Shown piece after piece: positions 7,652-15,676 of a stretch of 19,938 bases of DNA (its first letter is position 1; each line of letters opens with the position of its first letter). Both the position numbers and the translations under genes were made by a program. A model generated the notes under the pieces. It did no database searches and had not been told where the DNA came from. It worked only from the letters and a program-made list of their open reading frames with translations. The DNA lies in NCBI GenBank assembly GCA_046758365.1, contig JBHIAC010000048.1, positions 1 to 19,938 on the forward strand, read 5' to 3'. This DNA is from a bacterium. Lineage in GTDB: Bacteria > Zhuqueibacterota > Zhuqueibacteria > Oceanimicrobiales > Oceanimicrobiaceae.

Positions 7652-9595
7652 ATGAATATATCGAAAATCTTTCAACAAGCTACTGGGGTTGTTCTCGTCT
7701 TATTGCTAATGAAAAGTCCCATAATGACCGCACAAGAGAATACAGAATTTGAAAGATCCAAACCACTAACAAAACTGACCAATCCAGAGACACTGAACCT
7801 TAAGAAAAGTTACAACAGCAGATTGTATATCCAAAATTCAGAAAGGATAAGCAACTCAAGTGAACAGCAGTTCTCTGGATGGGCAAAAGAGAAGAAGGAT
7901 AAATCTTCATCTTACAGTCTGATGTTCGATCCTGATGATGTTTATTGGGACGACAGATTTGACCAGCTTGGCATAGATGGAACTGTCCTTGCAATAGCGG
8001 TGAATGGGAGTGATTTCTATGTCGGAGGCAGTTTCTCCATGGCAGGGGATGTAAGTGCGAACAATATTGCTAAATGGGACGGCAACAGTTGGTCTGTGTT
8101 GGGTAGTGGTGCAAATAATGGCACGAATGGAACTGTCCTTGCGATAGCTGTTAGTGGAAGCGAGGTATTTGTAGGGGGTAATTTCTCCTCAGCAGGCGGT
8201 ATTACTGTGAATAACATTGCCAAGTGGGATGGTAACAGTTGGTCGGCTCTGGGCAGTGGTATTAGTAATGGCGATGTCAGAGCGATAGCGGTTAGTTCAA
8301 ATGATCTGTATGTAGGTGGCGTTTTTACTACAGCAGGTGAAGGGAATGCTAATAACATTGCTAAGTGGAATGGCAGTATCTGGGAAGCGTTGAGCAGTGG
8401 TGCAAATAACGGCGTAGATGGACCTGTTTATGCAATTTCGATAACTGGAAGCGAGGTTTATGTAGGTGGCAGTTTCACCTCCGCTGGCGGTGAGAGTGCA
8501 AACAACATTGCTTTGTGGGATAGCTCGACAAACACTTGGACCACATTAGGAAGTGGGGTTAGTCTTGGCGATGTCAATGCAATAGTAATCAGTGGAGCCG
8601 AGGTGTATGCGGGTGGTCTTTTCAATAAAGCAGGCGGTGCAAATGCAAAAAAAATTGCCAAGTGGGATGGCAACAGTTGGTCGGCCTTGGGCAACGGCAT
8701 TAGTGGAGGCGATATCAATGCGATAGCTGTCATGGAAAACGAATTGTATGTGGGTGGCAGTTTCACTACGGCTGGTAATGATAGTGCGAATAAGATTGCC
8801 AAGTGGAATGGCAGCAGTTGGTCTGCTTTGGGAAGTGGAATCGATGGGGGTATTGTCTTTGCAATAGCGATTAGTTCAAGCAATGTATATGTGGGAGGTA
8901 GTTTTACCACCGCTGGTGGTAAAACCTCAGAAAAGTTTGCTCGCTGGTTTAAACAAGATGGGAGTGTACCAATAGAATTAATATCCTTCTCTGCAATTAC
9001 ACATGGTCATCTTGTAGAACTTCACTGGGAAACAGCAACAGAGACCAATAATTATGGGTTTGAAATCGAAAGAATGGCCATGGATAGTTCTTTGTTAATT
9101 GCAGAGGAGGATAATATAACACAATTGCCAAATAACCAGTGGGAAATGATCGCATTTGTAGCAGGGCAAGGTACCTCAAACGAGCCGCATAGTTATACCT
9201 ACCGCGAAGACGTTCAATCTTTGATCCATTTTTCCGCACAAACCCTATTGTACCGTCTTAAACAAATAGACCTCAATGGTACCTTTGAGTATTACAAACC
9301 CATTGAAGTCAGGATTGGAATTTTGCCCAATAAAATTGTGCTTGGGCAAAATTATCCAAATCCGTTTAACCCACAGACAGTTATCGAATTTACAATTCCA
9401 AATAATGGCTTTACGACATTAAAAGTGTATAATATGCTTGGTCAAGAAGTACGTTCACTTGTTAAAGAAAACTTAGAAGCAGGGGTCGTTTATAAAGTAA
9501 AGTTTGATGCCAGTACACTCCCAACGGGATTGTATTATTACACTTTACGCTCAGGCAATATGATTGAAACTAAGAAGATGTTGCTGATGAAGTAA
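7652..9595 (+). CDS. Secreted 7-bladed beta-propeller repeat protein with FN3/Ig-like domain and T9SS type A-like C-terminal sorting domain
   Basis: GAGGAG RBS at 7641-7646; signal peptide; seven ~47-50 aa repeats (V.AIA.SG..VYVGG.F..AGG..ANNIAKWDG..WSALG.G); VPIELISFSA...WETATETNNYGFEIER domain; CTD QNYPNPFNP...KVYNMLGQEV...GLYYY...TKKMLLMK. Confidence 0.9.
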   Translation: MNISKIFQQATGVVLVLLLMKSPIMTAQENTEFERSKPLTKLTNPETLNLKKSYNSRLYIQNSERISNSSEQQFSGWAKEKKDKSSSYSLMFDPDDVYWDDRFDQLGIDGTVLAIAVNGSDFYVGGSFSMAGDVSANNIAKWDGNSWSVLGSGANNGTNGTVLAIAVSGSEVFVGGNFSSAGGITVNNIAKWDGNSWSALGSGISNGDVRAIAVSSNDLYVGGVFTTAGEGNANNIAKWNGSIWEALSSGANNGVDGPVYAISITGSEVYVGGSFTSAGGESANNIALWDSSTNTWTTLGSGVSLGDVNAIVISGAEVYAGGLFNKAGGANAKKIAKWDGNSWSALGNGISGGDINAIAVMENELYVGGSFTTAGNDSANKIAKWNGSSWSALGSGIDGGIVFAIAISSSNVYVGGSFTTAGGKTSEKFARWFKQDGSVPIELISFSAITHGHLVELHWETATETNNYGFEIERMAMDSSLLIAEEDNITQLPNNQWEMIAFVAGQGTSNEPHSYTYREDVQSLIHFSAQTLLYRLKQIDLNGTFEYYKPIEVRIGILPNKIVLGQNYPNPFNPQTVIEFTIPNNGFTTLKVYNMLGQEVRSLVKENLEAGVVYKVKFDASTLPTGLYYYTLRSGNMIETKKMLLMK

Positions 9596-9728
9596 TGGCA
9601 TAGCCAACATTATACGTTCTTTGGGGGGGCATTACTTCAACGACACAGTCAACCTAAAAAGTGCTCACCATGTCTCTTGTAATCCTTCAGTCGATCGTTT
9701 GAGGTGAACTCTAAGTTTGTATAATTGT

Positions 9729-9761
9729 AAGAGCTCGACAGTATTAAGCCGCCGAGCTCTT
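9729..9761 (-). terminator. Hairpin / probable terminator between convergent genes
   Basis: Minus strand AAGAGCTCGGC-(11 nt)-GTCGAGCTCTT: 11-bp stem with one G-U pair, 32 nt after the SnoaL-like gene stop; weak U tract. Confidence 0.55.
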
Positions 9762-9793
9762 TGCATAATAAATGAAAATTTAGGGAAATGTGG

Positions 9794-10282
9794 TTACTTC
9801 ATGGTCGTCTCTGGCTCGGCAACCATTCCGAGCTGTTGCATCACATTGTAGGTATCCCAGCTAATCCACTCTTCCACCATCTTGCCTTCAGTGGTACGGG
9901 TTAAACCGATGCCATTAAAAGTAATCTGTTTATTGGTTTCTTTTTGTGCGCCAGTAGCTGTCCAGCGGGTGGCAACCATGTCTCCTTCGACAACTATATC
10001 CTCGAGGGTAACATGGAAATCGGTGTAGTTGGTGCGAACCTCGCTAACTAATTGTTTGAAGGCTTCAGCACCTTCTACAACCGATGGATCCCAACTGTTG
10101 GGGTTGTGGCGAACGTAGTCGGCGGCACATAACTCGTCTACTACATCCAGATTTCCTTTATTCCAGACTTCTTCAACAAAACGCTGGGCAAGGGCCTTGT
10201 TTGCTGTGGCGGTTTTGTCTGCCTGAGTGCAAGCACTTATTGTCAACAAGGCAACGACTAAAAATACAAAAAGGGTTTTCAT
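9794..10282 (-). CDS. SnoaL-like / ester cyclase (NTF2-fold) lipoprotein
   Basis: Lipobox LTISA-C; NKALAQRFVEEVWNKGNLDVVDEL...YVRH...DFHVTLEDIVVEGDMVATRWTATG...GKMVEEW; AGGAGG RBS upstream. Confidence 0.92.
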   Translation of the reverse strand: MKTLFVFLVVALLTISACTQADKTATANKALAQRFVEEVWNKGNLDVVDELCAADYVRHNPNSWDPSVVEGAEAFKQLVSEVRTNYTDFHVTLEDIVVEGDMVATRWTATGAQKETNKQITFNGIGLTRTTEGKMVEEWISWDTYNVMQQLGMVAEPETTMK

Positions 10283-10333
10283 GGTTACTTCTTCCTCCTT
10301 TAGTTACTGTTTTTTATAAAAAATAATTAACCT

Positions 10334-10362
10334 ATAATAATAAAACTTTCCTTTAAACACAA
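10334..10362 (-). promoter_or_regulatory. Possible sigma70 promoter for the SnoaL-like gene
   Basis: Minus strand TTGTGT-N17-TATTAT; the AT-rich background makes this weak. Confidence 0.3.
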
Positions 10363-10474
10363 GGAAAAAGTTCAAACCTAGGTCAAAGCATGAATCGAGA
10401 GTACATGGATGGATGTGCCTTTTGATGCCCCCTTTCATTACGAATTCAACCGCAAGATTTTTTTAAGAAAAACG

Positions 10475-10500
10475 ACAACCTTTTTTATTTAGAGATGTCT
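10475..10500 (+). promoter_or_regulatory. ECF sigma-type promoter upstream of the DUF5916 gene
   Basis: ACAAC-CTTTTTTATTTAGAGA(16)-TGTCT: AAC -35 core, T-tract spacer and GTC -10 core, typical of ECF promoters. Confidence 0.55.
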
Positions 10501-10656
10501 TAATTAATGAAAGTTTTAGAAAGATAAGCAACTTTGGCTTAGTTGCTACGTTATTTATTTTAACTAACCATACATTCAACAATATCACTTGTACAATTCA
10601 ATAAAATTTCATTTTATCTTTTTCATACCGTTAGTAAATTTACTGGGAGTTAAATA

Positions 10657-13293
10657 ATGAAAAAGAAGCTTATTTTTTTATTTTTTACCCTCATAGCGTC
10701 AACCCTTTTTGCATCGAAGCCATCGACAGATAAAAAGATTTACATTGCAGAGCACATCAATCCTCGTCCTCCTGTAATAGATGGTCGTCTGGATGATTCG
10801 GTCTGGCAAAAAGCAGAATGGGGAAGTGATTTTATACAAAGAGAGCCAGACGACGGCGCTGATCCTTCACAAAAAACGGCATTTAAAGTTTTGTACGATG
10901 AAAACAACCTTTACGTTGGTATTCGTGCTTATGATACCGAACCCGATAAAATTGTTCGCCGAGTCACCCGAAGAGATGAATTTGACGGCGATTGGCTTGA
11001 AATTAATATCGATAGTTACTTTGATCACCGCACTGCGTTCTCTTTTACCATTAACGCTGCTGGTGTTAAAGGCGATGAAGCCATTTCGAATGACGGGGAT
11101 AATTGGGATAGCAACTGGAATCCGGTCTGGTATGCGGCGGTTGCCATAGATGAATTGGGCTGGACTGCAGAAATGCGCATTCCCTTCAGTCAACTAAGGT
11201 TTGCAAAAAAAGCTGAACAAGTTTGGGGCCTGCAAGTACAGCGCCAACTCTTTCGCAAAGAGGAACGTTCTGTGTGGCAATATATTCCGCGAAATACTGG
11301 CGGTTGGGTAAGTTATTTTGGTGAATTACATGGTATAAAAGGGATTCGAACGTCGCGACGCATTGAGCTTCTTCCTTACGGGGTTAGTGATTTGAGAAAA
11401 TTTGCAAAAGAACCAAACAATCCATTTGCAACAGGCCAGTCGACAAACTTTTCCGGTGGCTTAGATGCGAAAATAGGAGTTACCAGCGATCTGACTTTGG
11501 ATGTCACGGTCAATCCCGATTTTGGCCAAGTCGAGGCTGACCCATCAGAAGTCAACCTTACGGCATTCGAAACCTTCTTTCAAGAAAAGCGGCCTTTTTT
11601 CATTGAAGGTCAGAATATTTTAGATTACAGACTCATGGGTGGAGATGGCGATTTTTCATATGATCGTTTATTTTATTCACGCCGCATTGGCCGGTCGCCG
11701 CAGTATTCCCCAGATCTCGATGATGACGAATACATGCAATTGCCAGATAACACCTCTATTTTGACAGCGATGAAGTTAACTGGAAAAACCAATAGTGGTC
11801 TTTCAATTGGTGTATTGGACGCCATCACGGAGAGAGAATGCGCGCATATTGATCTCAATGGTGAACGTCGGCAAGAAACAGTGGAACCATTCAGCAATTA
11901 TTTTGTTGGGCGCGTGCAAAAAGATTATGGAAGAGGCAACACGTCTATTGGAAGTATATTAACCACAACGCACCGTAACCTCTCTGAATCGCAACTAAAA
12001 TTTTTAAACAGTTCTGCCTACTCCGGCGGAGTCGATTTTAGACACCAATGGCAAAATAAAACCTACTATCTTAATGTTCGAACAGCCTTTAGCCATGTAC
12101 GTGGAGACCAGCAGGCTATATTAGAGGTTCAGACCGCGTCACAACGGTATTATCAACGGCCGGATGCAGATTATGTAACCCTCGATTCTGCACGTACCTC
12201 ACTCTCAGGGCACGGAGGCTTTGTTAATTTTGGAAGGAGCGGTAATGGAAAATTACGGTTTTCGGTGGGAGGCATGTGGCGCTCCCCGGGATTGGAATTA
12301 AATGATTTAGGCTTTTTGCGACAAGCTGACCGTGTGTTGCAGTATTTCTGGTTTGGATACAGTATAAACAATCCATTCAGTATCTTTCGCAAGTTACATG
12401 CCAATTTCAATCAATGGGCTGGCTGGAATTTCGGAGGAGAAAACGTTTTTGCAGGAGGCAATATTAATGGTGGAGGGCAATTCAAAAATTATTGGTTTTT
12501 TTGGTTTGGTGTCAATCGGAATGCTAATAGCCTTTCCACCAGTGCTTTGCGAGGCGGCCCTGCAATGAAATTCCCTGGAAGGTGGAATCAGTGGTACAAT
12601 ATTTCGTCGGATAATCGTAAAGCCCTTCAATTTGGATTTGGTGGGTCTAACAGTTGGAGTGATGAAGGTAATTCACGTAGGAATAATGTGTGGTTTTGGT
12701 TATCTTTTCGTCCACGCAACGCCATGAGACTGCGCATCAATCCATTTTTCAGTGTCAATAAGCAGGATTTGCAGTACATCGATTCCATCGAACATGAAGA
12801 CGAGGACCGTTATCTTTTCGGGCGACTCAATCAGAAAACACTCGGGATTACCATTCGATTTGATTTTAGTGTTACGCCAGATTTATCCATTCAGTATTAC
12901 GGACAGCCCTTTGTTTCAGCAGGCAAATATGCCCAATTCAAAAGAATAACCGAGCCACGTGCCACACGTTACGAAAATCGATTTCACACGTTTACAGGCA
13001 ATGAAATTCAATTTGATTCTGAGAAGGGAAAATACAATTTCGACGAAGATGCAAATGGCACCACAGATTACTCAATTGATACTCCAGACTTTAATTTCAG
13101 GCAGTTCCGCTCCAATCTAGTTGTCCGCTGGGAGTACAACCCGGGCTCTACCATCTTTTTTGTCTGGTCGCAAGAACGAACCGGAGACGATAATAATGGC
13201 AACTTCTCTTTTAAAAATGATATTGGCGAGCTGTTTGATGAGAACGCTACCAATGTGTTTCTGATTAAAATGAGTCGGTGGTTTTCGTTGTAG
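10657..13293 (+). CDS. DUF5916 domain outer-membrane protein with N-terminal CBM9-like (DOMON-like) domain
   Basis: Signal peptide; PVIDGRLDDSVW, VLYDENNLYVG, WTAEMRIPFSQLRF (CBM9-like); TLDVTVNPDFGQVEADP, FFQEKRPFFIEG, LFYSRRIG (DUF5916); beta-barrel-like C-terminus SNLVVRWEYNPGS...VFLIKMSRWFSL. Confidence 0.92.
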   Translation: MKKKLIFLFFTLIASTLFASKPSTDKKIYIAEHINPRPPVIDGRLDDSVWQKAEWGSDFIQREPDDGADPSQKTAFKVLYDENNLYVGIRAYDTEPDKIVRRVTRRDEFDGDWLEINIDSYFDHRTAFSFTINAAGVKGDEAISNDGDNWDSNWNPVWYAAVAIDELGWTAEMRIPFSQLRFAKKAEQVWGLQVQRQLFRKEERSVWQYIPRNTGGWVSYFGELHGIKGIRTSRRIELLPYGVSDLRKFAKEPNNPFATGQSTNFSGGLDAKIGVTSDLTLDVTVNPDFGQVEADPSEVNLTAFETFFQEKRPFFIEGQNILDYRLMGGDGDFSYDRLFYSRRIGRSPQYSPDLDDDEYMQLPDNTSILTAMKLTGKTNSGLSIGVLDAITERECAHIDLNGERRQETVEPFSNYFVGRVQKDYGRGNTSIGSILTTTHRNLSESQLKFLNSSAYSGGVDFRHQWQNKTYYLNVRTAFSHVRGDQQAILEVQTASQRYYQRPDADYVTLDSARTSLSGHGGFVNFGRSGNGKLRFSVGGMWRSPGLELNDLGFLRQADRVLQYFWFGYSINNPFSIFRKLHANFNQWAGWNFGGENVFAGGNINGGGQFKNYWFFWFGVNRNANSLSTSALRGGPAMKFPGRWNQWYNISSDNRKALQFGFGGSNSWSDEGNSRRNNVWFWLSFRPRNAMRLRINPFFSVNKQDLQYIDSIEHEDEDRYLFGRLNQKTLGITIRFDFSVTPDLSIQYYGQPFVSAGKYAQFKRITEPRATRYENRFHTFTGNEIQFDSEKGKYNFDEDANGTTDYSIDTPDFNFRQFRSNLVVRWEYNPGSTIFFVWSQERTGDDNNGNFSFKNDIGELFDENATNVFLIKMSRWFSL

Positions 13294-13454
13294 GAATTAC
13301 TAAGAAGTCTGGCAGTGATTTTAAGCCTTCGGTTTTGAAAGAAAGACTCGACACTCCTGTGTACCCACCCATGCAGGGCGTCTAGGTAGGAACGCTGGTT
13401 ACCTGACATCCACCCCACAGATCTTAGCATTACCCACAACTATTAAAAGGATTA

Positions 13455-13489
13455 AATTATCAATTAAAAATTAACAGTTCACAATTAAT
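13455..13489 (+). repeat. Five tandem degenerate 7-mers upstream of the four-helix-bundle gene
   Basis: AATTATC-AATTAAA-AATTAAC-AGTTCAC-AATTAAT in exact 7-nt phase, ending 16 nt before ATG 13506. Confidence 0.65.
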
Positions 13490-13505
13490 TTCAAGGTAAA
13501 AAATT

Positions 13506-13850
13506 ATGGCAAAAGGCGATGATATTCAAGAAAGGTTGATTGAATTTGCTGTTGCGATTATAAAATTGTGTGGCTCATTACCTAATACCCAAGTGGGAAA
13601 ACATATAGCAGGACAGCTACTTCGTTGTGGTACTTCGCCTGCTCCAATTTATGGAGAAACTCGAAGTACGGAAAGCAGTAAAGATTTTGTACATAAACTT
13701 GGAATTGTACTTAAGGAATTAAATGCCCCGCCGCAGGGCGGGATGGCTTGAGATCATAAAACGTAGTGACATTCTTCCAGTAGACATTGTTGAACCACGT
13801 GCGAATGAATGCACGGAGCTTTCTAAGATAATTAGTTCAAGTTCTATGTA
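13506..13850 (+). pseudogene. Frameshifted four helix bundle protein (TIGR02436 / 23S rRNA IVP-like family)
   Basis: First frame: DIQERLIEFAVAIIKL...IAGQLLRCGTSPAPIYGETRSTESSKDFVHKLGIVLKELN; continues in another frame as WLEIIKRSDILP...NECTELSKIISSS; break at 13725-13743; no natural stop after the last helix; 3' end approximate. Confidence 0.88.
13727..13742. repeat. 16-bp GC-rich hairpin at the frameshift point
   Basis: CCCGCC-GCAG-GGCGGG, a perfect 6-bp all-GC stem inside an otherwise AT-rich gene. Confidence 0.75.
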
Positions 13851-13867
13851 TTCAAAGACGCAGACAA

Positions 13868-14277
13868 AATCATCGGCGTCTGTAACGCTCACGAGAGCGC
13901 TGTCAGTTTCCACGTCTGGAATAGTCCAGAGGTATTCTCCGCTATTTGGAACTCGCTCGACGATCATCTGCCAATTGGTACCGCTATCTATAGAATAATC
14001 CAAACGTACAGAATTGATCAAACCAAAGCTATCCCACCTAAATACTCTCTGAATGTCCTTCGGTCCAGGTCTCTCCGCCATTTGGCGAAGTCAAGGTTAA
14101 TGTGAAAATGAGAATTGCGAATACATCGTCGCTTTGATCTTCTGGAGAACCATCCTCAGCATCGAAAATGCGAACCAAGAAACTTGCTGAATTAATAGAG
14201 GGGACAAGCCAGACATAGCTGCCCGTGTTTGCGACATTACTCGCTATCGGTTTCCAGTCTGTACCGGCATTTAAAGA
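13868..14277 (-). pseudogene. Internal fragment of a secreted protein with tandem SPNGGE-type Ig-like repeats, frameshifted
   Basis: Manual translation: SLNAGTDWKPIASNVANTGSYVWLVPSINSASFLVRIFDAEDGSPEDQSDDVFAILIFTLTLTSPNGGETWTEGHSESI / extra T near 14040 / RWDSFGLINSVRLDYSIDSGTNWQMIVERVPNSGEYLWTIPDVETDSALVSVTDADD; two homologous repeat units, truncated at both ends. Confidence 0.85.
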
Positions 14278-14299
14278 TTTTTTATTATGAAACTTTTGC

Positions 14300-14328
14300 T
14301 TGACTATATGTTTGAAATTCTATAACTT
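14300..14328 (+). promoter_or_regulatory. Sigma70-type promoter of the housekeeping operon
   Basis: TTGACT-N17-TAACTT, 43 nt upstream of ATG 14372. Confidence 0.6.
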
Positions 14329-14371
14329 ATTTTTTTAGATTAAGCTAAAATTAAAGATATTAGCCTATTAA

Positions 14372-15370
14372 ATGATTGAATCGGCTGTGGCGGAAGATTT
14401 CAAAATTAAACTTAGAGAATGGAAGAGGCTTATTGATGAGCGCTTATTTCAAGTATTAAACACGAAAAAGCCTCCCATTCTATATGAACCCATTACATAT
14501 ATATTGGAGAGTGGAGGAAAGCGCATCCGGCCTATTTTGCTAATTTTGTCGTGTAAAGCAGTAGGTGGAAATGTTGAAGATTGTTTAGATGCGGCTGTAG
14601 CTGTGGAGCTGCTTCACAATTTTACTCTGGTTCATGATGATATTATGGATCAGGACGATACTCGAAGGGGTCGCCCCACAGTGCATAAAAAATGGGACAC
14701 TGATGTAGCCCTCTTAGCCGGTGATGGTCTGGTGGCCTTGGCTTACCAATCCTTACTTCGGACTAATTCTTTGCGAATCAATGAAATTACCACAAATTTT
14801 ACCAACGCTATCGTGGAACTATGTGAAGGTCAAGCTTTAGATCGTGAATTTGAGTCTCTTAGAGGCATTCGATTATTTGACTATTTAAATATGATTGAAA
14901 AAAAGACCGCCCGGCTGCTCAATATTTCGGCCAAAATTGGTGCCATCATTGGTGGAGGAGATGACAGCGAAATTGACGCCTTGGGGAAATTTGGTCTTAA
15001 TTTGGGACTTGCTTTTCAAATTCAGGATGATCTATTAGACATTACTTCCGACGAGGTTACTTTAGGAAAAACTTTTGGCAGCGATGTCATGCGCAGAAAA
15101 CAAACTTTTTTATTGGTTCATGCTTTATCCCATGCCGATTTTGAAACAAAAAGAAAAATAAATTTCCTTTTGTCTGAATCTTCAATCAATAAACCTCAAA
15201 TTATCGAAATTACAAGTCTTTTTGAAAAAATTGGTTCCATTGAGGCCGCGAAATCTGCAATAGGTAACTATTTAACTTCCGCTCAAAAAAATATCGATGA
15301 ACTTAAAGCTACGTTTACTAAAGACGACCTCTCAAGTTTTTTAAATTATATTTCAAATCGGAATGCTTAA
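14372..15370 (+). CDS. Polyprenyl diphosphate synthase (probable GGPP synthase)
   Basis: GGKRIRP, FARM ELLHNFTLVHDDIMD..RRG, GQALD, KTA, SARM FQIQDDLLD. Confidence 0.95.
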   Translation: MIESAVAEDFKIKLREWKRLIDERLFQVLNTKKPPILYEPITYILESGGKRIRPILLILSCKAVGGNVEDCLDAAVAVELLHNFTLVHDDIMDQDDTRRGRPTVHKKWDTDVALLAGDGLVALAYQSLLRTNSLRINEITTNFTNAIVELCEGQALDREFESLRGIRLFDYLNMIEKKTARLLNISAKIGAIIGGGDDSEIDALGKFGLNLGLAFQIQDDLLDITSDEVTLGKTFGSDVMRRKQTFLLVHALSHADFETKRKINFLLSESSINKPQIIEITSLFEKIGSIEAAKSAIGNYLTSAQKNIDELKATFTKDDLSSFLNYISNRNA

Positions 15371-15398
15371 TCTGTATTAGGGGGAATATAATATAGAC

Positions 15399-15671
15399 AT
15401 GGTACAAAAGAAAGTCGTAATTAAAAATAAATTGGGTTTGCATGCGAGGCCCGCTGCGTTATTTGTTAAGACAGCAGCCGCTTTTAAATCTGATGTTTTT
15501 ATTGGTAGAGAAGACCACGAAGTAAATGGGAAAAGTATCATGGGAGTTATGATGTTAGCCGCAGAAATGGGGAGTAAATTGACTATAACCGTAAAAGGTG
15601 AAGACGAAAAAGAAGCTATTCTAGCTTTGATAAATTTGGTGAATAATAATTTTAGTGAAGATGAAATTTAA
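15399..15671 (+). CDS. ptsH: Phosphocarrier protein HPr
   Basis: GLHARPAA (His15) and NGKSIMGVMMLA (Ser46); 90 aa. Confidence 0.97.
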   Translation: MVQKKVVIKNKLGLHARPAALFVKTAAAFKSDVFIGREDHEVNGKSIMGVMMLAAEMGSKLTITVKGEDEKEAILALINLVNNNFSEDEI

Positions 15672-15676
15672 ACGGA

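Noticed and set aside
7970..8950. ~140-150 bp periodic DNA similarity suggesting a CRISPR array or DGR template/variable repeats
   Set aside because: These are protein-coding repeats with general divergence; no identical short repeats with unique spacers and no obvious adenine-specific mismatch pattern
7800..9239. Minus-strand ORFs with repeated KLPPTY...AIA units
   Set aside because: Their repetition simply mirrors the propeller repeats on the sense strand
10781..13439. Alternative-frame and antisense ORFs within or overlapping the DUF5916 gene
   Set aside because: Overlap a well-supported CDS; no motifs
13506..13850. Four-helix bundle as the Avd of a diversity-generating retroelement, or as a 23S rRNA intervening sequence
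   Set aside because: No reverse transcriptase, TR/VR pair or rRNA sequence in the window
13719..14081. 120-aa minus-strand and 91-aa plus-strand ORFs as intact genes
   Set aside because: Both are chimeric read-throughs of two pseudogene fragments meeting tail-to-tail
14372..15370. Archaeal-like GGPP synthase signature (HNFTLVHDD) as a sign of archaeal ether-lipid synthesis
   Set aside because: This signature is ordinary in FCB-group bacteria, and no GGGP/DGGGP synthase is in the window
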